Assembly: GCF_009834535.1 (NCBI RefSeq)
Contig: NC_045697.1
Location: 37,078,001-37,142,000, forward strand
DNA length: 64,000 bases
Origin: Camelus ferus
Taxonomy: Eukaryota
Direction of reading: 5' to 3'
A program made the translations under genes and the position numbers. Below, piece after piece: positions 53,824 to 64,000 of this stretch. Position 1 is the stretch's first letter, and each line of letters opens with the position of its first letter. The notes under the pieces were generated by a model. That model did no database searches and had not been told where the DNA came from. It worked only from the letters and a program-made list of their open reading frames with translations.

Positions 53824-54570
53824 TTAGAATTTTGTTTTAATACTTACAAGGAAAAAAGGAAATGGAGGCTGAAAGTGGGTAAATAAAAAACTTCCCAGGG
53901 TCACACAGAGGATAAGCAGTAGGGCCCTGTCCCCAGCACAGGTCTGGCTGATGCAGAAGAGTTCTTTACTGCACCATGTTTTCTACCATATCAACCTTTA
54001 GAATCACCAGAAATTTGTGGATTAAGGCAGGAATGAGATTGCAAACATCAGCCAATAAATAGTGCAGTCAGCCCAATCCCCACCTGAAATTCTTGTGTGA
54101 AAATCTCACTTTCTCCTATCCTTCTGCTGACTTTTAAAGACTTCCTGCATTGAAGCTGGCTTTTGACCCCAACTGTGCCCTCCAATCCATGGACCCTTCC
54201 CCTGTCCCATCAGATTCCCCCTGTCTTTCCTAGATTCATCTTTTTTTTTTTTTTTTAACATTTTTTATTGATTTATAATCATTTTACAATGTTGTGTCAA
54301 ATTCCAGTGTTCAGCACAATTTTTCAATTATTCATGGACATATACACACTCATTGTCACATTTTTTTCTCTGTGAGTTATCATAACATTTTGTGTATATT
54401 TCCCTGTGCTATACAGTGTAGTCTATTCTACAATTTTGAAATCCCAGTCTATCCCTTCCCACCCTCCACCCCCCTGGTAACCACAAGTCTGTATTCTCTG
54501 TCTGTGAGTCTATTTCTGTCCTTTATTTACGCTTTGTTTTTGTTTGTTTGTTTGCTTTTGTTTTTGTTTT

Positions 54571-57500
54571 TTAGATTCCACATATGAGCGATCTCATATG
54601 GTATTTTTCTTTCTCTTTCTGGCTTACTTCACTTAGAATGACATTCTCCAGGAGCATCCATGTTGCTGCAAATGGCATTATGTTGTCGGTTTTTATGGCT
54701 GAGTAGTATTCCATTGTATAAATATACCACCTCTTCTTTATCAAGTCACCTGTTGATGGACATTTAGGCTGTTTCCATGTTTTGGCTATTGTAAATAGTG
54801 CTGCTATGAACATTGGGGTGCAGGTGTCATCCTGAAGTAGATTTCCTTCTGGATACAAGCCCAGGAGTGGGATTCCTGGGTCATATGGTAAGTCTATTCC
54901 TAGTCTTTTGAGGAATCTCCACACTGTTTTCCATAGTGGCTGCACCAAACTGCATTCCCACCAGCAGTGTAGGAGGGTTCCCCTTTCTCCACAGCCTCTC
55001 CAGCATTTGTCATTTGTGGATTTTTGAATGACGGCCATTCTGACTGGTGTGAGGTGATACCTCATTGTAGTTTTGATTTGCATTTCTCTGATAATTAGTG
55101 ATATTGAGCATTTTTTCATGTGCTTTTTGATCATTTGTATGTCTTCCTAGGAGAATTGCTTGTTTAGGTCTTCTGCCCATTTTTGGATTGGGTTGTTTAT
55201 TTTTTTCTTATTGAGTCGTATGAGCTGCTTATATATTCTGGAGATCAAGCCTTTGTCGGTTTCACTTGCAAAAATTTTCTCCCATTCCGTAGGTTTTCTT
55301 CTTGTTTTATTTCTGGTTTCCTTTGCTGTGCAGAAGCTTGTAAGTTTCATTAGGTCCCATTTGTTTATTCTTGCTTTTATTTCTTCTAGGAGAAAATTTT
55401 TGAAATGTATGTCAGATAATGTTTTGCCTATGTTTTCCTCTAGGAGGTTTATTGTATCTTGTCTTATGTTTAAGTCTTTAATCCATTTTGAGTTGATTTT
55501 TGTATATGGTGTAAGGGAGTGTTCTAGCTTCATTGTTTTACATGCTGCTGTCCAGTTTCCCCAACACCATTTGCTGAAGAGACTGTCTTTATTCCAATGT
55601 ATATTCTTGCCTCCTTTGTCAAAGATGAGTTGACCAAAAGTTTGTGGGTTCATTTCTGGGCTCTCTATTCTGTTCCATTGGTCTATATGTCTGTTTTGGT
55701 ACCAATACCATGCTGTCTTGATGACTGTAGCTCTATAGTATTGCCTGAAGTCTGGGAGAGTTATTCCTCCAGCCTCTTTCTTTCTCTTCAGTAATGCTTT
55801 GGCAATTCTAGGTCTTTGATGGTTCCATATGAATTTTATTATGATTTTTTCTAGTTCTGTGAAATATGTCCTGGGTAATTGGATAGGGATTGCATTAAAT
55901 CTGTAGATTGCCTTGGGCAGTGTGACCATTTTAACAATATTGATTCTTCCAATCCAAGAGCATGGAATATCTTTCCATTTTTTAAAGTCTTCTTTAATTT
56001 CCGTCATCAATGGTTTATAGTTTTCTGTGTATAATTCTTTCACCTCCTTGGTTAGATTTATTCCCAGATATTTTATTACTTTGGGTGCTATTTTAAAGGG
56101 GATTGTTTCTTTACTTTCTTCTTCTGTTGATTTATCGTTAGTGTAAAGAAATGCAACTGATTTTTGAACGTTAATTTTGTAACCTGCTACCTTGCTGAAT
56201 TCTTCAATCAGCTCTAGTAGCTTTTGTGTGGACCTTCTAGGGTTTTCTATATATAGTAACATGTCATCAGCATATAATGACACTTTTACCTCTTCTTTTC
56301 CAATTTGGATCCCTTTTATTTCTTTCTCTTGCCTGACTGCTGTGGCTAGGACTTCCAGGACTATGTTGAATAGGAGTGGTGATAGTGGGCATCCTTGTCT
56401 TGTCCCAGATTTTAGTGGGAAGCTTTTGAGTTTTTCACCATTGAATACTATGCTGGCTGTAGGTTTGTCATATATAGCTTTTATTATGTTGAGATATGTT
56501 CCCTCTATACCCACTTTGGTGAGAGTTTTTATCATAAATGGGTGTTGAATTTGATCAAATGCTTTTTCTGCATCGATTGAGATGATCATGTGGTTTTTGT
56601 CCTTTATCTTGTTGATGTGATGTATTACACTGATTGATTTGCATATGTTGAGCCAGCCTTGTGTCCCTGGGATGAACCCCACTTGGTCATGATGTATAAT
56701 CTTTTTTATGTGTTGTTGGATTCTATTTGCTAAAATTTTGGTGAGGATTTTGGCGTCTATGTTCATCAGTGATATTGGCCTATAATTGTCTTTTTTTGTA
56801 GTGTCTTTGCCTGGTTTTGGTATCAGGGTGATGGTGGCTTCATAGAATGAGTTTGGGAGTATTCCCTCCTTTTCAATCATCTGGAAGAGTTTGAGAAGGA
56901 CTGGTATGAGTTCTTCTTTGTATGTTTGGTAGAATTCCCCGGTGAAGCCGTCCGGTCCTGGACTTTTATTTGTAGAGAGGTTTTTAATTGCTATTTCTAT
57001 TTCCTTTCTAGTGATCGGATTGTTCAAGTGTTCAGATTCTTCTTGATTCAGTTTTGGTGGACAGTATGTTTCCAGAAACTTGTCCATCTCCTCTAGGTTA
57101 TCCAGTTTGGTTCCATATAGTTTTCATAATATTCTCGTATGATATTCTGTATTTCTATTTTGTTTGTTGTAATTTCTCCATTTTCCTTTCTTATTTAGCT
57201 AATTTGTGCTCTCTCTTTTTTCTTCTTTGTGAGTTTGGCCAGAGGTTTGTCGATTTTATTTACTTTTTCAAAAAACCAGCTTTTGGTTTGGATGATTTTT
57301 TCTATGGTCTTGTTAATCTCTATTGTATTTAATTCCTCTCTGATCTTTATTATTTCCTTCCTTCTGCTGCTTTTTGGGGCTTTTTGTTCTTCTTTTTCTA
57401 ATTCATTCAGGTGGTGGGTTAAATTGTTTATTTGAGATTGTTCTTCTTTTTTGAGGAAGGCCTGTATCGCTATAAACTTCCCTCTTAGCACTGCCTTTGC

Positions 57501-58367
57501 TGTGTCCCATAGGTTTTGAGTGGTTGTGCTTTCATTATCATTTGTCTCAAGGTATTTTTTAATTTCAGCTTTGATTTCCTCATTGATCCATTGTTTTTTC
57601 AATAATATATTGTTTAATCTCCATGCTTTCCTTTTTTTCTCCTTTGTTTCTCTGTTGTTGATTTCCAGTTTCATGGCATTGTGGTCAGTAAAGATGCTTG
57701 AGATAATTTCTATCTTCTTAAAATTGTTGAGGTTTCTTTTGTGCCCAAGTACATGATCGATCCTGGAAAATGTTCCATGTGCACTTGAAAAGAATGTATA
57801 TCCTATTTTTGGGGGGTGTAATGCTCTGAAAATATCCACCAAATCTAGTTTTTCTATTGTAGTATTTAATTTCTCTGTTGCCTTGTTTATTTTCTGTCTG
57901 GAAGATCTGTCTAGTGATGTTAATGCAGTGTTAAAATCTCCAACTATGATTGTATTCCCATCAATATCCCCCTTTATCTCTGTTAGTAATTCTTGTATGT
58001 ACTTAGGTGCTCCTATATTGGGTGCATATATATTAACGAGTGTAATATCCTCATCTTGTATCACTCCTTTAATCATTATAAAATGTCCTTCTTTATCTTT
58101 CTTTATGGCCTTTGTTTTAAAGTCTATTTTGTCTGAAATCAGTACTGCAACACCTGCTTTTTTGGCTTTTCCATTTGCATGGAATATCCTTTTCCATCCT
58201 TTCACTCTCAATCTATATGTGTCCTTCTCCCTAAAGTGGGTCTCTTGTATGCAGCATATTGAAGGTTCTTGCTTTATTATCCAGTCTGCCACTCTGTGTC
58301 TTTTGACTGGAGCATTTAGTCCATTAACATTTACAGTAATTAATGGTAGATGTGTGTTTATTGCCAT
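54571..58367 (-). pseudogene. L1 ORF2p (APE endonuclease, RT, CCHC), disrupted
   Basis: NVNGLN, IQETH, GDFN, RIDH, TDHN (EN); QGCPLSP, YADD (RT); CWRGC...HCWWEC; stops at 57195-57197 and 55147-55149; 1-bp deletion at 57121-57124. Confidence 0.95.
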
Positions 58368-58772
58368 TTTGAACTTATCTTTGCAGTTGAATTGGTATAT
58401 CCTCTTTGTTCCTTTCTTCTTCCTTTTGTGGTTTGGTAATTTTCCTTTGTATTATCATGGATTTTATTTAATTTTTGTGACTCCTTTGTAAATTTTTGGC
58501 TTGTGGTTACCCTTTTTTTGTAAATCTGTCAACCCATTACTATAACTGTTTTTATTAAACTGATAGTAACATGATCTCAAACCCATCCTACTGTTAAAAA
58601 AATTTAAAAAAGAAAGAAAAAAATATTCTATATTTCCCTGCCTCCCTCTCCCACTCTCAGTGATTTGTATGTCTTCTTTTATAATTTCATGTTTACTTTA
58701 TTTGTAATTCATGAGTTATCACCTTTCCAGTTGTGTGTTTCTCGTTTCTGTAGCATCCTGCTGCTTTTCTAT

Positions 58773-59677
58773 TTAGAATAGCCCTTTCAATATTTCTTTT
58801 AGCATGGGTTTAGTGTTGCTAAACTCCTGCAGCTTTTTTTTTTGTCTGTGAAACTCTTTATTTCTCCTTCTATCCTCAAGGATAGCCTTGCTGGATAAAG
58901 GATCCTAGGCTGCATCTTTTTTTCATTCAGGGCTTTGAATATATCTTGCCACTCCCTTCTGGCCTGTAGTGTTTGTGTAGAGAAATCAGCTGAGAGCCTT
59001 ATGGGGGTTCCCTTGTAACTTACTCTTTGCTTTTCTCTTGCTGCCTTTAGAATCATTTCTTTATCCTTGACTCTGGCCATCTTGATTATGATATGTCTTG
59101 GTGTGGGTCTATTTGGGTTCTTCCTGTTTGGGACCCTATGAGCTTCCTGTACTTGGATATCTGATTCCTTCTTTAAGTTTGGGAAGTTTTCAGTCATGAT
59201 TTCTTCAAAAACCTTTTCAATCCCCTTTGATCTTTCTTCTCCTTCTGAGACCCCTATTATGCGAAGATTGGGACGCTTTATATTATCCCATAGGTCCCTT
59301 ATGCTATTTTCATTATTTTTTATTTGCTTCTCTTGTAGTTCTTCTGAATGGGTGCTTTCTATTGCCCTGTCTTCTAGATCACTAATTCGTTCCTCTGCAT
59401 TATCTAGTCGGCTTTGCACAGCTATTAGATCATTCCTCATCTCTGTCAATGAGTTTACCCATTCTACTTGGCTCTTCTTTATAGCTTCAATTTCATTTTT
59501 GACATATTTTATATCTCTAAACACTATCTCTTTTAATTCCTTCAGCAATTCGATCACTCCTTTTTTGAAATCTTGATCTAGTAGGCTATCGATGTCTATT
59601 TCGTTGATCTTTCTTTCAGGGGATTTCTCTTGTTCTTTTAATTGGGAAAGGTTTTTCTGCTTCTTCATCTTGCTCAT
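58773..59677 (-). pseudogene. L1 ORF1p, frameshifted near the C-terminus
   Basis: LWDNIKRPNLRIIGV, PRHIIIK and YPARLS motifs; the A10 run at 58834-58843 shifts frame; corrected frame ends KLQEFSNTKPMLKEILKGLF*. Confidence 0.93.
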
Positions 59678-61352
59678 ACCTCTTTGGCACTGTGGTTTAT
59701 GGAGTATCAGTTGTTTATTTTGGTCCTTAAGGATTTTATCTATCTGATGCCTATTTAGGAATAGAACTTACGAAAAAAAGAAAAAAAAATAAGAGATAGA
59801 GAGAAAGAATTTTAAAAGAAGGGAGAAAGAGGGTTTGAAAACAGTGTATAATGAATAATAGAAGAGTGAGTTGAAGCAGAGTATTAATCAGGTTGAGACG
59901 TCCTTTTAAAACCTTTACAAAAAAAGGGGGGGGGGGATGAGTAGATGTATTTGAAACCTGTGTCTAATCAATAGCAGGACATCAAAACCCAAGAGAAATA
60001 GAAATGAATTAAGAAGTAAAGATTAAGAGAGTAATAGAAAATAGAACAGGTAAAAACAGATTTAAAAAAAAGGGGGGGGGGTGGGTTTGTCGGTGTTCTC
60101 CTGGAGTCTGTGTGTTTTTAATGTGAAGTCTTTCTGTCTTCGTCCTGTTTTGGAAGCTCAGCTTGCTGTTTTCAGAGGCCCTCCGTTGGCGCCCTCTTCT
60201 GTGCTGCTCCCAGCACCTGTCGGCAAGCAGATCGCGCCTCCTCCTAACACTGGGTCAGGTGCAGCTCTCTGCTGTGGGCGGGCGGGTCGCTGCCCCTCCG
60301 GATGCCGCAGTCAGATGTTGCAGACTGGCCGGGTAGGAGAGCGGGTCGTGCCCCCTCCCAGCACCTCGGTCAGGGGTTGTGTTCCTGCCCGAAAGGCGGG
60401 GGGCCGCTCTCCCTCTACCTGCACCGCCGGTAGTTCCGCTCTCTGTGCGGCTGCGCGCTCCGCCCTGGTCAGCCCTCCGCGGGTGGGCTCGGGGAAGACC
60501 GAGGGACAGCCCTGTCTCTGCTCCGAGCCAAAACCCAGCTCCTTGTTTGTCTTTGTGGAGCAAGTTCTCTGAGGGACCAGGATGGAAGGATCCTATCTGC
60601 CCCGGGCTGCAGGCCAGTCTCAGTCTGGCCTTTGAGGCTGCTAAGCCCTTCGGTGCGGATGCAGGTTTCGCCCCCGCCCCCGCCTGAGTGCTAAGCGCGG
60701 AGGATATGGCGGCTGTGCCTGAGCCCCGCCTCTCTTCCCCCAAAAACTTTCCGCGGGTTTTCAGAGATGGGGGTGTGCACCCTTCCCCCGAGAGCACATC
60801 AACCTTGCTGTTTTATGGAGGGCCCAGGTTGTTCTGCCCTGTGCACCCACAGCCACGGCGCGCAGCCCCTTGCGTTCCCCCGGGGCTGCCTCCGTGCAGC
60901 CACTTCCATCCTCTGCCCGGCTTGTGCAGCCTGGCCCTGCCCGCCGCTGCCGGCCCGCGTCTCAGGCTGGGTGTCGGGGGACGCTCTGTGCCCGTTTAAC
61001 TTAGTTCTGTTAGTCAAGGGCTGCTCTGTACAGATCCGAGCCTCGGAGGCTCCCCCTCCGTCCCGCTGGCCTCTCAGTTGGAGAGGGGAGACCCAGCGAG
61101 CGAGCGCCAGTCCTCCTTTGCCGCTCCCTCCCCGCGGGACCCGTCCCGCGCTGCTTTGCCTTTTGTTCTTTCTTTTTTCCTTTTCTCCTACCAGATTTTT
61201 GGCGTCTTTATCTTTTGAAGAGGGCGATGTTCTGTCGGAGTTCCACAGGTGCTCTGGTTGGCTGAGTGGGTCTGTAGATGTGGGTCTTGGTGTATTTGTG
61301 GGAGAGGGTGACCTGCGAGCGTCCTACTCCGCCATCTTCTCCGTCTCTCCCG
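59678..61352 (-). promoter_or_regulatory. L1 5' UTR internal promoter, CpG-rich, with YY1 site
   Basis: Dense CpG over ~60180-61350; AAGATGGCG (plus strand CGCCATCTT, 61330-61338) near the 5' end. Confidence 0.85.
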
Positions 61353-62264
61353 TAGATTCATCTTTATAGCTATTCTCTTGTAAATACGGCCAACCCCTTC
61401 TGTTACCTTTCTGTCCTACCTGTCTCACAATTCTGGAAAAACCCAGCCCCAACCACCTGCCTTCTCCATGCCTACTCCCAAATGATTGAGAGATTCAGGA
61501 GAAAATCTCATAGATTGATATCATTTCAAATATGCTCATTTCAGTAATGTTCAATAATCTCTATGCTGCCTGGTAATCTTATTGTGTCTTTCTAATCTGC
61601 TTACTCTCCTTCACTCCACAGATTCCAGACCTCCCCATTTCTCCAACACCCCTCACTCCGGGCTGATAACTTAGCTTTAACCGCTCAGAGAAAACAGGTA
61701 CGGTTCAAGAGGAGCGCCAGCCTCTTCCCACCGCCATATCCACACATCTCGCAGCATCTGCACCTCCCTCACCTGGCCAGTGATCTGCTGCTGTCAGCTC
61801 AGCCAGGGACTGGGGCCTCCGTTCTCCACAGGGGCCTCTCTGGGTCCCAAAGGCAGCTTGCAAGAGGGAAGGATGATTGGATGACTCACTACCTTTGGTG
61901 ACCTCTCTCAAAAGTCACGCAGCATCTTTTCCAATGTGCTCTACTGGCTAAGGCAGTTGCACAGACCTGCCCAGGGACTAAGGGAGAGGGGTATGTGCTT
62001 CACCACTTGATGGAGGAATGGCAGGTTCTGGAAGTGCCTGTGGGCAGATCTATAATCCTGATCATTCTAGGAAAGAAAAATCTCCCATGACTTACTCTTT
62101 TTCTTCCTAGTCATCATTGAGGGTCTGGTTGCAACATCACCCTCCTCCCTAGATTAGGTGCCCCAGAAATAATCAAGGCATTTCCTTTGCTTCTTTGTGG
62201 CTCTTATCATGATTTTACAGCGTACAGTGTTTTCTGTGGCATTTTTGTTTGCCATCTGTTTTTT

Positions 62265-63070
62265 TTATCCTTATTTATTGTTGAAGTGTAGTTGATTTAC
62301 AGTGTTAATTTCAGGTGTATAGCAAAGCAATTCAGTTATACATATACATACATACATATGTACATACATACATACATGTATTTTCAGTTTCTTTTCCATT
62401 ACGTGTTTGCCAACTATTGCTTCTTGTCTGTCTCTGGCATAGACTATAAGCTTCTTGAGGACAGGACTGTGTTTTTCTCATTCACCTCTGATCTGCAGCA
62501 CCTATCTCAGTTCCTGGCACATGGCAAGTGCTAAATAAACACTCATCAAATGAATCATCTAATAAATACTGAGTAAAAATCTGCCTCTCTCCAACCCCCA
62601 GCTCTCCCCACCAAAAAACCCCATGAATTCAAGTGGTATTTGGTCATGAGTTCATTTTGAATTCATACATTAAATGGCTGCAGATGGAAAGAAATGGAAC
62701 ACAACTTGCAGTTACGACTTTGTAAATGGCTAAAAACTTCTTGGTGTTGATTCTACTGTTGTTGGTAGATGTTCAACCCAGAAAACCACAGCATCACACA
62801 GGCATTACTCCAAGGGAGGCTCTTTTTTTAAATTTTAGTTTTATTGAAATGTAGTTGATTTATAATGTCAGTTTCAGGTGTACAGCATAGTGATTCAGTT
62901 GTACATATAGATACACACACACACACATATTTTCAGATTCTTATCCATTATAGCTTATCACAAGATATTGAATATAGTTCCCTGTGCTATACAGTAGGTC
63001 CTTGTTGTTTATTTTATATATAGTACTGTGTATCTGTTAATCCCAAACTCCTAATTTATCCCCCCTCCCT
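62265..63070 (-). mobile_element. Two short L1 3' ends (~62265-62400 and ~62822-63070) around an L2 end
   Basis: TTGAAGTGTAGTTGATTTACA... and TTTTATTGAAATGTAGTTGATTT...CCTGTGCTATACAGTAGGTCCTTGTTG. Confidence 0.8.
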
Positions 63071-63942
63071 CAAATGAGGTTCTTTTTAAACCAAAGGGAG
63101 ATTTTATTTGAGAGGCTGTTGGCTCAAAGAGCCTGGTTGTTACTCAAAGGGTGGATGTAGTAACCTCCAGCCAAAGGGGATCTGGAGATGTCATAGAAGG
63201 AACTCCTCTCCCTGAATTTTCAAACTACACACCTTCAGAGACTTTTGACATCCAATCAAATTAAAGAGGTATAAATAATTTCTTTAAAGTCAGAATCCTA
63301 AACTGTTAGGGAACCAATAGTACAGTTTTAGGGGGGGATGAGATGAGGACATTGGTGGGTGGGGACCCTGAAGAAGGGGGATCTGGTGGGATGGGGGATG
63401 GGGAAAAGTATTGAACAAGGACAAGCTTCTTGCCAGGTGCTTCGCATCATCATTTCATCTAAAGCTTGCTGCAGTCCTGTGAGGTAGGGAGTGGTACTCC
63501 CATGTGAAAGACAGAGAGGTAAAACACCTTGACCAAAGGGGCAGAGCTCACAAGTGGAAGTGTTAGCAATCTTTTCCCCAGAGGCAGTGGTTCCCGAGCC
63601 TGCACATTTTTTCCTGTACCAGACCCGCAGTGTCAAACAAGAGGCATCAGCGAGCTTTTATTGTGGGGTCTCAGGCGCACTGAGCACTGAGTGAATGGTG
63701 GTCCAGCAGGAACCACACATACTGCATCCACTTGGAATATGGTTGTGATACAGGCCAATTTTTCCAAGTCTTGAAGTTACAAGATTCGACAGATGCCAGT
63801 GGCAGAACAAAATGGCATGTTATTTCTGAATGTTGATTTTCCAAAATGTAGCAAAACCCTGAAAATTCTTCTTATCCTATTCTTCAAGGAAATCAGAAAT
63901 GACCAGAATTATACATGAGGATGGTCACTGTGGTGTTACCTA

Positions 63943-63943
<1 letters not shown>

Positions 63944-63985
<42 letters not shown>

Positions 63986-64000
63986 AAGGAAAGAAGGAAG
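63944..64000. repeat. A40 homopolymer followed by GGAA-rich repeat (runs off the window)
   Basis: Read directly. Confidence 0.95.

Larger units (their letters stand above)
54244..61352 (-). mobile_element. Full-length young LINE-1 (~7.1 kb)
   Basis: Perfect TSD TAGATTCATCTTT at 54231-54243 and 61353-61365; poly(A) tail; CpG-rich 5' UTR; ORF1; ~400-bp inter-ORF spacer; ORF2. Confidence 0.98.

Noticed and set aside
55160..59576. Plus-strand ORFs of 90-200 aa over the L1 body
   Set aside because: Antisense shadows of L1 ORF1 and ORF2

Overview
Mammalian genomic DNA, most likely camelid (inferred from six tRNA-Ala(AGC)-derived, Vic-1-type SINEs). Bases 1-26,010 hold the 3' part of PDGFRA on the + strand. 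Sixteen coding exons (human-equivalent 8-23) have GT-AG boundaries. They encode the end of Ig4, Ig5, the transmembrane and juxtamembrane segments, the split kinase and the C-tail, with the stop at 23092 and a ~2.9 kb 3' UTR. All exon lengths match the human structure as I recall it except exon 14, which has one extra base. That base frameshifts the kinase N-lobe and is probably an assembly error. The remaining ~38 kb is repeat-rich intergenic DNA (towards KIT if usual synteny holds). It includes a young full-length ~7.1 kb L1 on the - strand with a perfect 13-bp TSD and four inactivating lesions. I found no convincing new protein-coding system. The best leads are TSD-bounded chimeric retroelements, a perfect palindromic RFX X-box, an intron-16 polyadenylation signal and a long antisense ORF in the L1 5' UTR. 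Repeat family names and human comparisons come from recalled sequences, not database searches.
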